From NCBI GenBank assembly GCA_965205265.1, contig CBDBGH010000003.1, positions 3,008,001-3,072,000 of the forward strand: DNA of 64,000 nt, given 5' to 3'. The first letter of the stretch is position 1; the number at the start of each line of letters is the position of its first letter. The position numbers and the translations under genes were made by a program. The DNA is from Alphaproteobacteria bacterium (lineage in GTDB: Bacteria > Pseudomonadota > Alphaproteobacteria > Bin95). This document shows positions 1-10,137 of the stretch, in pieces. Below the pieces are notes generated by a model. That model saw only the letters and a program-made list of their open reading frames with translations, was not told where the DNA came from and searched no databases.

Positions 1-150
1 GGCCGTCTCGTGCCGGGCGAGCAGGACGCGGATGCCGGCGCGGTCGAGCGCGTCCATGACCGCCAGAACCTCGCCGCCCGGAATGCCGAAGGCGTAACGG
101 CAGCCGGCCGCCGCCAGCCGCCGCGCAATCAGGTCCGCCGAATGGGCCAT
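1..150 (-). CDS. Thiamine pyrophosphate-binding protein (acetolactate synthase large subunit-like), 5' end; runs off the window
   Basis: Manual translation from ATG at 150: MAHSADLIARRLAAAGCRYAFGIPGGEVLAVMDALDRAGIRVLLARHETA. FGIPG and RHE motifs of the TPP N-terminal domain. Confidence 0.85.
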   Translation of the reverse strand, partial: MAHSADLIARRLAAAGCRYAFGIPGGEVLAVMDALDRAGIRVLLARHETA

Positions 151-240
151 GCCGCCCTCCCCCTCCACGCTTCCGCGCCGCCAGTCTAGGCGGATTCCTT
201 GCGCGGCGGGGAGCGGCGCCCGGCATCCCGCCTCTTTTGC

Positions 241-405
241 CGTCATACCCGCCCCAAATCGTCATGCCCGGACTTGTTCCGGGCATCTCCCGCCACCGCT
301 TACGCCGGACGGCCGCATGGATGCCCGGAACAAGTCCGGGCATGACGGAGGGGGTGTCCGTTGTATGACGGAGGGGGCGTTCGGACATGATGGAGGGGGA
401 GTGTC
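241..405. repeat. CGTC-type REP cassette (inverted 28-bp palindromic arms plus degenerate satellites)
   Basis: CGTCATGCCCGGACTTGTTCCGGGCATC at 260-287 and its reverse complement at 320-347; partial copies at 241 and ~365-390. Related copies at 9657, 9848 and 23374. Confidence 0.9.
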
Positions 406-471
406 CGGGGTCCGGCCCCGGCCTTGAAAAAATTTCTTGCTTTGTTCCCGGTTCGTAGTAATCTTCCAGCC

Positions 472-1530
472 ATGCAGGCGGTGCGGAAGGGACGCGGGGC
501 GGCGAGCAACCGGAGCGGGCGCTATGAGCGCGCGCGGGCCGAGGCGTTCGACGACGGCTGGGGCACGGCGGCGGAGGAGCCGGCGCCGCTGCGCACCACC
601 GTCACCGAGGAAGCGCCGCGCAAGATCATCTCCCGCAACGACTCGCCGGATATCGGCTTCGACCGCTCGATCAACCCCTACCGGGGCTGCGAGCACGGTT
701 GCATCTACTGCTATGCGCGGCCGACCCATGCCTGGCTCGGGCTCTCGCCGGGGCTCGATTTCGAGAGCCGGCTCTACGCCAAGCCGACCGCGCCCGCGCT
801 GCTGGAGAAGGAGCTGGCGCGGCCGGGCTACCGCTGCGCCGTGCTCGCCATCGGCACCAATACCGACGCCTACCAGCCGGTCGAGAAGCGCTACGCCATC
901 ATGCGCGCCATCCTCGAAGTGCTGGCCCGCTGCCGCCACCCGGTCTCGATCACCACCAAGTCCGCCCTCGTGCTGCGGGACCGCGACCTGCTGGCGGAGA
1001 TGGCGGCGGAGAACCTCGCCCATGTCACCATGTCGGTCACGACGCTCGACGGGCGGCTCGCGCGCAGCATGGAGCCGCGGGCGTCCTCGCCGGCGCGGCG
1101 GCTGGAGGCGGTGGCCGGGCTGCGCGAGGCGGGCATTCCGGTCTCGGTCAATTTCGCGCCCATCATCCCGGCGCTGAACGACCACGAGATGGAGGCCGTG
1201 CTGGAAGCCGCCGCTGCAGCCGGGGCGCGCAGCGCCGGCTACACGCTGCTGCGCCTGCCGATGGAGATCGCGGACCTCTTCCGCGAATGGCTGGAGGCGC
1301 ATGCGCCGGACCGCGCGGCGCGGGTGCTCTCGCGGGTGCGCGACATGCGCGGCGGGCCGCTCTACAAGAGCGCCTTCCATGTGCGCATGAAGGGCGAGGG
1401 CGCCTGGGCGGAGACGGTCTCGAAGCGCTTCGCCATCGCCTGCCGCCGCCTCGGCCTCGCACGCGGCTACGGCCGGCTGGACGACACCCGCTTCCGCCCG
1501 CCCGGCGCGCAATTGCAACTGGAGCTCTGA
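472..1530 (+). CDS. PA0069/Rv2578c-family radical SAM protein (SplB-like, DNA repair associated)
   Basis: INPYRGCEHGCIYCYAR (CxxxCxxC) and GTNTDAYQP motifs. ATG at 472 preferred over TTG at 424. Confidence 0.9.
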   Translation: MQAVRKGRGAASNRSGRYERARAEAFDDGWGTAAEEPAPLRTTVTEEAPRKIISRNDSPDIGFDRSINPYRGCEHGCIYCYARPTHAWLGLSPGLDFESRLYAKPTAPALLEKELARPGYRCAVLAIGTNTDAYQPVEKRYAIMRAILEVLARCRHPVSITTKSALVLRDRDLLAEMAAENLAHVTMSVTTLDGRLARSMEPRASSPARRLEAVAGLREAGIPVSVNFAPIIPALNDHEMEAVLEAAAAAGARSAGYTLLRLPMEIADLFREWLEAHAPDRAARVLSRVRDMRGGPLYKSAFHVRMKGEGAWAETVSKRFAIACRRLGLARGYGRLDDTRFRPPGAQLQLEL

Positions 1531-3276
<1,746 letters not shown>

Positions 3277-3280
3277 CGGG

Positions 3281-4297
3281 ATGGCGAGCGACAATGCGGA
3301 CTGGCTGGCGCTGACCGAGGAGGAGGCGCTGGAGCCGGACCTGCCGATCTGCGATCCGCACCACCATCTCTGGGATGCTCGCGCGGGCTATGTGCAGCCG
3401 CGCTACCTGCTGGACGAGTTCCTGGAGGACCTGGGCAGCGGGCACAATGTCGTCAGCACCGTCTTCATCGAGTGCGGCGCCATGTTCCGGGCCGACGGGC
3501 CGGAGGAGATGCGCCCGGTCGGCGAGACGGAGTTCGTGAACGGCATCGCCGCCATGTCCGCCTCCGGCGGCTACGGCCCGGCGCGGATCGCCGCCGGCAT
3601 CGTCGGCACGGCTTATCTGCACCGGGGCGACAGCGCGGCGGCCGTGCTGGACGCGCAGATCGAGGCCGGGAAGGGGCGGTTCCGCGGCATCCGGCAGGGC
3701 GCCACCTGGCATGAGAGCCCGCAAGTCCCCAACCACCGCACGGAGCCGCCGGCGGGCCTCTACGACAGCGCGGGCTTCCGCGCCGGCCTCGCCCATCTCG
3801 CGCCGAGGGGGCTCACCTTCGAGCTCTGGTGCTACCACACGCAACTCGACGAAGCCGCCCGGCTGGTCCGCGACTTCCCGGACCAGACCTTCATCCTCGA
3901 CCATTTCGGCGGGCCCGTCGGCATCGGCCCCTATGAGGGACGCGCCGACGAGGTGTTCGCCGACTGGCGCCGTGCCGTGGCGCCCGTCGCCGCCTGCCCG
4001 AATGCGATGGCCAAGCTCGGCGGGCTCGCGATGGAGGTCAACGGCTTCGGCTGGCACGAACGGCCCCGCCCGCCGACCAGCGCGGAACTGATGGACGCCT
4101 CCCGGCGCTACTACGAGGCGGTGCTGGAGCTGTTCGGCACGGAGCGCTGCCTGTTCGAATCGAACTTCCCGGTCGAGAAAGTGAGCTGCAGCTACACGGT
4201 GCTCTGGAACGCCTTCAAGCGCCTGACCGCCGGCTACTCGGCACACGAAAAGGCGGCGCTCTACCACGACAACGCCGCCCGCATCTACCGCCTCTGA
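3281..4297 (+). CDS. Amidohydrolase family protein (amidohydro_2)
   Basis: DPHHHLW, ILDHFGGP and FESNFPV motifs. Confidence 0.85.
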   Translation: MASDNADWLALTEEEALEPDLPICDPHHHLWDARAGYVQPRYLLDEFLEDLGSGHNVVSTVFIECGAMFRADGPEEMRPVGETEFVNGIAAMSASGGYGPARIAAGIVGTAYLHRGDSAAAVLDAQIEAGKGRFRGIRQGATWHESPQVPNHRTEPPAGLYDSAGFRAGLAHLAPRGLTFELWCYHTQLDEAARLVRDFPDQTFILDHFGGPVGIGPYEGRADEVFADWRRAVAPVAACPNAMAKLGGLAMEVNGFGWHERPRPPTSAELMDASRRYYEAVLELFGTERCLFESNFPVEKVSCSYTVLWNAFKRLTAGYSAHEKAALYHDNAARIYRL

Positions 4298-4316
4298 CGG
4301 GGCGCTGAACCGTTCG

Positions 4317-5501
4317 TCAGGACTGCGGCTCGTTCCGCCAGGGCAGGAAGGCGCGGATACGCTCCCGGTTTGCGCGAACGCCGTCCGGGCCGCTCGAGAG
4401 CAGGCCGCGGCGCACCAGGGCCTCGACATCGCGCAGCAGCGTCCGGTTCGACACCGTGGCGTAGTCCCGCGCCACCGTTGCGTCCAGGGACGGCAGGCGA
4501 TTCACCGGAACCGCCTCGGGCTGCCGCGACAGGGCAAGCACCAGGGACCGGCGCCGCCGTTCCGTGGCGCCGCCGCCTTGCCCGAATTGCTCGTGGACGA
4601 AATTGGTCCAGGCGACCGCCTCCTGATGCTCCCGGATGACTTCGACCTGTTCCCGCAGCCCGTCCGCAAATCCCCGGATCGCATAGCTGGCGAAGCCGTA
4701 TATGCCGTCTTCCTGCCCGCTGGCCCTTGCAAGCTGACGGTAATATTCCGTTCGCGTGAGGTTGTAGTGATTGCTCGGCAGATGGCAGGCGGGCTGCGGC
4801 AGGCCCGCTTCCAGCAGGATGGCCAGTTCGATCAGCCGCGCCGTGCGCCCGTTGCCGTCGCCGAAGGGATGGATCCAGACGAAATAGAGGTGCGCGAAGA
4901 CCGCCTTGAGGATCGAGAAGGCGCAGCGGTTTTCGTCCGGCAGCGGAAACCCGTTCAGTACCTCGCAAAGCCGGGCCAGCAGGAATCCGGCGTCGCGCCG
5001 GTCCGGGCAGCGATAGCCGCCGACCGACACATTCACCTTGCGGACTTTCCCGGGTTCGACATGGTCGTCAACCTCAAGGCCCTGCAGCACCATCGCGTTC
5101 AGGCGCTCGACGCCCGCTACGTCCAGGGGGAAGCGGCCCTGCCCGGCGATTTCTCCGGCCACCATGTTGCAGGCCTCGACGATGTTCCTGACTTCCTGGC
5201 CGAGATAGGCCCGCGACGGCGGGAGCGTTGCCCTGTCGTCGATCACGGCGCGCGCTTCCGCCTCCGAGAGCGTGTTGCCCTCGATGGCGGTGGTAGCGAG
5301 GGCGCCTCTCGCGAGATAGAGCCGGTGGACCTCCTCGGCGACATCCGGGTCCAGCGGCGCGCCGGCGATCCGGTCGATCATCGCGGCCACCTCGCCGAGG
5401 GCGAGCCAGTCCGTATGTTGCAGCCGCCCAAGGTCGAAGGCGAAAGTCAGCCAGGGATGGGTTCGCTCATATGGCCGCTGGTTTGTCACCGTCCTTGTCA
5501 C
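4317..5501 (-). CDS. Fic family protein with probable C-terminal winged helix
   Basis: Fic motif HPFGDGNGRTAR and TTAIEGN motif; C-terminal SNRTLLRDVEALVRRGLL is HTH-like. Confidence 0.9.
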   Translation of the reverse strand: MTRTVTNQRPYERTHPWLTFAFDLGRLQHTDWLALGEVAAMIDRIAGAPLDPDVAEEVHRLYLARGALATTAIEGNTLSEAEARAVIDDRATLPPSRAYLGQEVRNIVEACNMVAGEIAGQGRFPLDVAGVERLNAMVLQGLEVDDHVEPGKVRKVNVSVGGYRCPDRRDAGFLLARLCEVLNGFPLPDENRCAFSILKAVFAHLYFVWIHPFGDGNGRTARLIELAILLEAGLPQPACHLPSNHYNLTRTEYYRQLARASGQEDGIYGFASYAIRGFADGLREQVEVIREHQEAVAWTNFVHEQFGQGGGATERRRRSLVLALSRQPEAVPVNRLPSLDATVARDYATVSNRTLLRDVEALVRRGLLSSGPDGVRANRERIRAFLPWRNEPQS

Positions 5502-5617
5502 AGAAAAATCCAGGAGAAGGCGATTATATTCAATCTGTTATGATATTTCAATGGAAGATTTGGCAGATCTGTTGACAACATTTTTGTCACAGACTGGCAA
5601 CAGCGATGCCGCCGCCC

Positions 5618-6868
5618 TCACCCCACCCGCACCAAGCGGGCGGCGTAGAAGCCGTCCATGCCGCCGCGTTCGGCCAGCATGGAGGGCAGAGTGCGCAGCG
5701 CGCCGTCGGGCGCCGCGGCTTCCGGCAGCGCCGGGAAGGCGACCGGCTCCAGCGCGAAGTCCGGGCGCTCCGCCAGGAAGGCGGCGATGCGCTCCGGCCC
5801 TTCCTCCGGCTCCAGCGAGCAGCAGGCATAGACCAGCCGCCCGCCGGGCGCCGTGGCGCGGGCGGCGCCGGCGAGCAGGCGGTCCTGGAGCGCGGTCAGC
5901 CGGTCGAGCCGCCGCCCGGCCCGACGGTGGAGGATGTCGGGGTGCCGGCGGATCGTGCCGGTGGCGCTGCAGGGCGCGTCCAGCAGCACGGCCAGGAACG
6001 GCCTCTCAGGCCGCCACTCGGCGGCGTCCGCCTCGACCCACTCGGCTTCCAGGCGCAAGCGGGCGAGATTGGCGCGGGCCGCGTCCAGCCGGTCCGGCGC
6101 GCGGTCCAGCGCCGTCACCCGCGCCCCGGCCGCGGCGAGTTGCGCCGTCTTGCCGCCCGGCGCGGCGCAGAGGTCCAGCACCCGCTCGCCGGCGACCGGG
6201 CCCAGCATCCGCGCCGGCAGGGCGGCCGCCATGTCCTGCACCCACCAGCCGCCTTCCTCGTAGCCGGGCATGCGGCTGACGGCCCCCGGCCGCTGGATGC
6301 GCAGCGAGCCGGTCGGCATGGTCTCGCCCTCCGGCAGCGGCCCCGGCGCATCCGGGCGGAGAAGGGTGAGGTCGAGCGGCGCTTCCCGGAGATGCGCTTC
6401 GGCGACGGCGCGGGCGGCGGCCTCGCCATAGGCCGCCTCCCAGCCCGCCATCAGGCGCGGCGGCGTGTTCAGCCGGGCGGCGTCCTGGGCTTCGACCAGG
6501 GCCGGTCCCTCGCGCGCGCAGCGGCGCAGAACGGCGTTGACCAGCCCCTTCATGCGAGGCTCCGCCAGGCCGACGGCGGTATCGACCGCCGCATGGGCCG
6601 GCACCTCGCCGAACAATATCTGCGCCATGCCGAGCATCAGCAGCAGCCGGGTCCGCTCCGCCCGTTTGGGCAGGGGACGCGCGAGAAAGCGCGCCATCAG
6701 CGCCTCGATCTGGCCCGCGCGCCTGAGCGCCGTCGCGGCCAGCCGGCGCGCAAAGGCGCGCGTCTCCGGGCTTTCCCTCTCCGGCGGCGCGTCTTCGAGC
6801 GGGCGACCCTCCAACAGAACGGAAGCAAGCAGGTCGAGGGCGAGCGCGCGCGCCGCGCCGCCGTTCAC
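5618..6868 (-). CDS. rsmB: RsmB/NOP-family rRNA m5C methyltransferase (NusB + MTase domains)
   Basis: [26 protein letters not shown] and DGFY motifs; N-terminal NusB-like VNAVLR. Confidence 0.88.
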   Translation of the reverse strand: MNGGAARALALDLLASVLLEGRPLEDAPPERESPETRAFARRLAATALRRAGQIEALMARFLARPLPKRAERTRLLLMLGMAQILFGEVPAHAAVDTAVGLAEPRMKGLVNAVLRRCAREGPALVEAQDAARLNTPPRLMAGWEAAYGEAAARAVAEAHLREAPLDLTLLRPDAPGPLPEGETMPTGSLRIQRPGAVSRMPGYEEGGWWVQDMAAALPARMLGPVAGERVLDLCAAPGGKTAQLAAAGARVTALDRAPDRLDAARANLARLRLEAEWVEADAAEWRPERPFLAVLLDAPCSATGTIRRHPDILHRRAGRRLDRLTALQDRLLAGAARATAPGGRLVYACCSLEPEEGPERIAAFLAERPDFALEPVAFPALPEAAAPDGALRTLPSMLAERGGMDGFYAARLVRVG

Positions 6869-7791
6869 GCCCAGGGGCCTTTCCGGCGGGGCCCCTGCAT
6901 CCAGGAGGCCCCGGTCGGCGCGCCGCCCGGCCGCCCGGCGGGGCGCGGCCGCCGCGCGCGGGCCATGTCCCGGAGCGCCCGGACCCGGTTCGCCGTCGAG
7001 GGATGCGTCGAGAACAGCCTGTCGGCCTTGTGCGCATGCAACGGGTTCACGATGAACATATGGGCCGTGGCGGGGTTGCGCTCGGCCGCATGGTTGTCGA
7101 TGCGCGCCGCGCCCCGCTCCAGGCGCTCGAGCGCGGAGGCGAGCGCCAGCGGGTCGCCGCAGATGTCCGCGCCAAGCCGGTCGGCCTCGTATTCGCGCGC
7201 CCGGCTGATCGCCATCTGCACCAGCATGGCCGCCATGGGCGCCAGAATCGCGACAAGCAGCGCGCCGGCGAAACCGAGCGGGCTGTTGCGCCCGCCGCCG
7301 AAGAAGAGGCCGAAATTCGCGAGCATCGACACCGCGCCCGCAACCGTCGCGGTGATCGTCATGATGAGCGTGTCGCGGTTCTTCACATGCGCGAGCTCAT
7401 GCGCCATCACGCCTTCGACCTCCTTTTGCGAAAGAGTCCCGAGCAGGCCCGTCGTGGCCGCCACGGCGGCGTTCTCCGGGTTGCGGCCGGTGGCGAAGGC
7501 GTTGGGCTGGTCGTTCCGGACGACATAGACGCGCGGCATCGGCAGGTCCGCCCGCTGCGACAGGCGCCGGACCGCGGCGTAAAGCTCCGGCGCGCGCCGT
7601 TCGTCCACCTCCTCGGCGCCGTACATGGACAGCAGCATCCGGTCCGAGTTCCACCAGGCGAAGGCGTTCATGCCGAGCGCCGCGACAAGCGCCAGCCCCA
7701 TGCCGGCAGGGCCGCCCAGCAGGTAGCCGACGGCGAGGAACAGGCCGGTCAGACCGGCGAGCAGGATCGCGGTGCGGGCGAAGTTCGGCAT
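6865..7791 (-). CDS. htpX: Zinc metalloprotease HtpX
   Basis: [25 protein letters not shown] and FSTHP motifs. Confidence 0.95.
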   Translation of the reverse strand: MPNFARTAILLAGLTGLFLAVGYLLGGPAGMGLALVAALGMNAFAWWNSDRMLLSMYGAEEVDERRAPELYAAVRRLSQRADLPMPRVYVVRNDQPNAFATGRNPENAAVAATTGLLGTLSQKEVEGVMAHELAHVKNRDTLIMTITATVAGAVSMLANFGLFFGGGRNSPLGFAGALLVAILAPMAAMLVQMAISRAREYEADRLGADICGDPLALASALERLERGAARIDNHAAERNPATAHMFIVNPLHAHKADRLFSTHPSTANRVRALRDMARARRPRPAGRPGGAPTGASWMQGPRRKGPWA

Positions 7792-7845
7792 GGGGTATCG
7801 CGGCTCCGCTTGGCAAGGGGCTCCAGCATGCCATATGTAGGAACC

Positions 7846-8016
7846 ATGTCGCGCAAATCACGCCCCGACGAGCCGAAGACGCGAGACCCGGCGCCCGGCA
7901 ATGAGCGCCTGCCGCTGCCGGAAGCCCCTGCCGGCGATGCGCAGGACAAGCCCGAAAGGCCCGACCCGACGCGCTACGGCGATTGGGAGATAGACGGGCG
8001 CTGCATCGACTTTTGA
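7846..8016 (+). CDS. DUF1674 / SdhAF4-like small protein
   Basis: C-terminal [18 protein letters not shown] signature; divergent from htpX. Confidence 0.88.
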   Translation: MSRKSRPDEPKTRDPAPGNERLPLPEAPAGDAQDKPERPDPTRYGDWEIDGRCIDF

Positions 8017-8058
8017 GCCCGGCGATCGTTGAGCGGAGCCGATGGCGGCGTCCCCCAT

Positions 8059-8162
8059 TGTCGCCCCGGCCTTGAGCCGGGGCCCAGCACTGCCGGTGCA
8101 ACATGGCGGAGACTTCGACTGCCTGGACCCCGGCTCTACGCTTCGCTCCGGCCGGGGTGACA
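8059..8162. repeat. Second REP-like inverted pair (GTCRCCCCGGCC...GCCGGGGYCCAG)
   Basis: Arm 8059-8087 TGTCGCCCCGGCCTTGAGCCGGGGCCCAG; inverted arm 8123-8162 has an expanded loop. Confidence 0.7.
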
Positions 8163-8207
8163 AGTGGGAACGGCATTCTCCATGAGTCGCAGACCGGCGT
8201 CGCTGGT

Positions 8208-9182
8208 ATGAGCCCGCTCTGGCGGGTCTGGCTCACCGTCCCGGAAGACCGGACGGCGGCGGCCGAGCGCGTGCTCGAAGGCTGGGCCGACGCCGTTTCC
8301 GTGTTCGAACTCACCTCGGCGGACAGGCCGCGGCCCGGCAGCCGCTTCCGGACCGGGGGATGGGCGGACGAGATCTGGCTGGCGGAGGTGTGCGTGGTGG
8401 AAGGCCTTGCCGCCGCGCCGCTCGACATGGCCGCGCTTGCGCGCCGCGCGGCCGCGGAAGGCCTGCCGGCGCCCGGGGCGGCGCCGCTCGCCGAGCGCGA
8501 CTGGACGGCGGAAAGCCAGGCGGGCCTGCCGGTGCGGCGCATCGGCCGCATCGCCGTCGGCGACCCCGGCGCGCGGCTGCCGCCCGCGCCGGTGCGTCTG
8601 CACATCGCCGCGGCGACCGCCTTCGGCACAGGCGCGCACCCCACCACGGAAGGATGCCTTGCCGCGCTCGACTGGCTCCGATGCCGGACGAAGCCCGGAC
8701 GGCGGCCGCGCGCCGTGCTCGATCTCGGCACGGGCACCGGCGTGCTTGCCTTCGCGGCGGCGCGCCTCTGGCCGGGCGTCCGCGTCGCGGCAAGCGATAT
8801 CGACCCCGCCGCCGGCGCGCCCTTCGCCCGCAATGCCCGCGCGAACGGGCTCCGCCTCCGCATGCTGCAGGCGGACGGGCCGGCGCATCCCGCGCTCCGC
8901 GCCGGTGCGCCCTATGACGCGGTCCTCGCCAATCTCCTCTACCGGCCCCTGCTGCGCCTTGCGCCCGGGATCGCCCGCCTGGCTGCGCCGGGAGGTCTGG
9001 TCGTGCTGTCCGGCATTCTCGAACGCCAGGAACTGCCGCTGCGGCTCGCGCTGCGCCGCCAGGGCCTGCGTTTCCTCCGCTCGCGCCGCCGCGGCGGCTG
9101 GTCCACCGTCGAGGTGGAGCGCCCGCCGGACAGGCGGGCAAAGCGCCGGAACGGTTGCCGGCAACGGCCGTTCCGCCTATAA
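8208..9182 (+). CDS. prmA: Ribosomal protein L11 methyltransferase (divergent)
   Basis: [24 protein letters not shown] and LSGIL motifs. Confidence 0.85.
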   Translation: MSPLWRVWLTVPEDRTAAAERVLEGWADAVSVFELTSADRPRPGSRFRTGGWADEIWLAEVCVVEGLAAAPLDMAALARRAAAEGLPAPGAAPLAERDWTAESQAGLPVRRIGRIAVGDPGARLPPAPVRLHIAAATAFGTGAHPTTEGCLAALDWLRCRTKPGRRPRAVLDLGTGTGVLAFAAARLWPGVRVAASDIDPAAGAPFARNARANGLRLRMLQADGPAHPALRAGAPYDAVLANLLYRPLLRLAPGIARLAAPGGLVVLSGILERQELPLRLALRRQGLRFLRSRRRGGWSTVEVERPPDRRAKRRNGCRQRPFRL

Positions 9183-9222
9183 CGCGCCCGACTATCGTTC
9201 AAATTCGCAGCGAGTGAAGCCC

Positions 9223-9600
9223 ATGGCGCGCGTCACCGTCGAGGACTGCGTCCTCAAGGTCCCGAACCGTTTCGATCTTGTCATGCTTGCGGCGCAGCGC
9301 TCGCGCGACATCTCCGAGGGCGCGGAGATTACCCTGGACCGCGACAGGGACAAGAATCCTGTGGTGTCGCTCAGGGAGATCGCCGAAGAGACGGTTCCCC
9401 TCGACGAGCTCGAGGAAGGCCAGATCCGGCGGCTTCTGCGCCACCGCGAGGAAGAGGAAGAGCCGGGCGACGGGCTCGACATGCTGCCGGCCCCCGATGT
9501 TCCGGACAGGAGCCCGGCGGAGCAGGATCTCGACATCGGCTCGCTCATGCGCGAGGTGGCCCAGCAGGACGGCGAACTGCAGCCCCGCGACAACAGCTAG
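9223..9600 (+). CDS. rpoZ: RNA polymerase omega subunit
   Basis: MARVTVEDC...NRFDLV...[12 protein letters not shown]. Confidence 0.97.
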   Translation: MARVTVEDCVLKVPNRFDLVMLAAQRSRDISEGAEITLDRDRDKNPVVSLREIAEETVPLDELEEGQIRRLLRHREEEEEPGDGLDMLPAPDVPDRSPAEQDLDIGSLMREVAQQDGELQPRDNS

Positions 9601-9656
9601 TGTGCTGAAACCGAAGTGCGCAGCTTTGCAAAGTGACCGTCCCGGTGCCTCCACCC

Positions 9657-10070
9657 CGTCATGCCCGGACCCGTTCCGGGCATCCATGCGGCCGCCCGGC
9701 GGACGCGGTTGAGGGAGATGCCCGGAACAGGTCCACTGCTGTCCGGTTCAGCCGTCGGGCAAAGCCGGGCGGGCCGCGGTCGGGTTTTCGGGGGCGCGCG
9801 GCGTCCCCGGTCGGCCTCCTGTCCGTCATGCCCGAACGCCCCCCTTTCGTCATACCCGGACTTGTTCCGGGTATCCATACGGCCGCCCGGCAGAGCCGCT
9901 TGAGAGAGATACCCGGAACAAGTCCGGGTATGACGGGAACAGGGCTAGGCCGCCGGGCGTCGATCCGAGTCCCGATCCCGCCGACCCCCTCGAAACCCGG
10001 TTGAATCCAAGCCATGCGTTCTGTCCACAAAATCCAAACCGGACAGCCGTGGAACAAGTCCGGGCATGAC
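9657..10070. repeat. REP cassette interrupted by a MITE-like insert
   Basis: Left arm 9657-9684; right arm split into 9717-9734 and 10051-10070. Confidence 0.85.
9735..10050. mobile_element. Putative non-autonomous MITE-like element (~316 bp) containing its own REP cassette
   Basis: Ends ACTGCTGTCCGGTT / AACCGGACAGCCGT (13/14 inverted); flanking duplication GGAACAGGTCC / GGAACAAGTCC; internal REP pair at 9848-9935. Confidence 0.7.
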
Positions 10071-10137
10071 GCAGGAGCGCGCGGGCGCCGGAGGATTCCC
10101 TGCCGCCGGGCGCGGTAGGCGCGTTCGGGTTCGCGGG

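Noticed and set aside
149-427. Short ORFs with HARTCSGH / MPGTSPGMT peptides (also at 9.6-10.1 kb and 23.1-23.7 kb)
   Set aside because: Translations of REP palindromes, not genes.
10066-10137. N-terminal extension of SpoT (likewise PrmA from 8103 and CcrM from 1723)
   Set aside because: Upstream starts fall in REP sequence or the neighbouring gene; family similarity begins at 10138, 8208 and ~2200.
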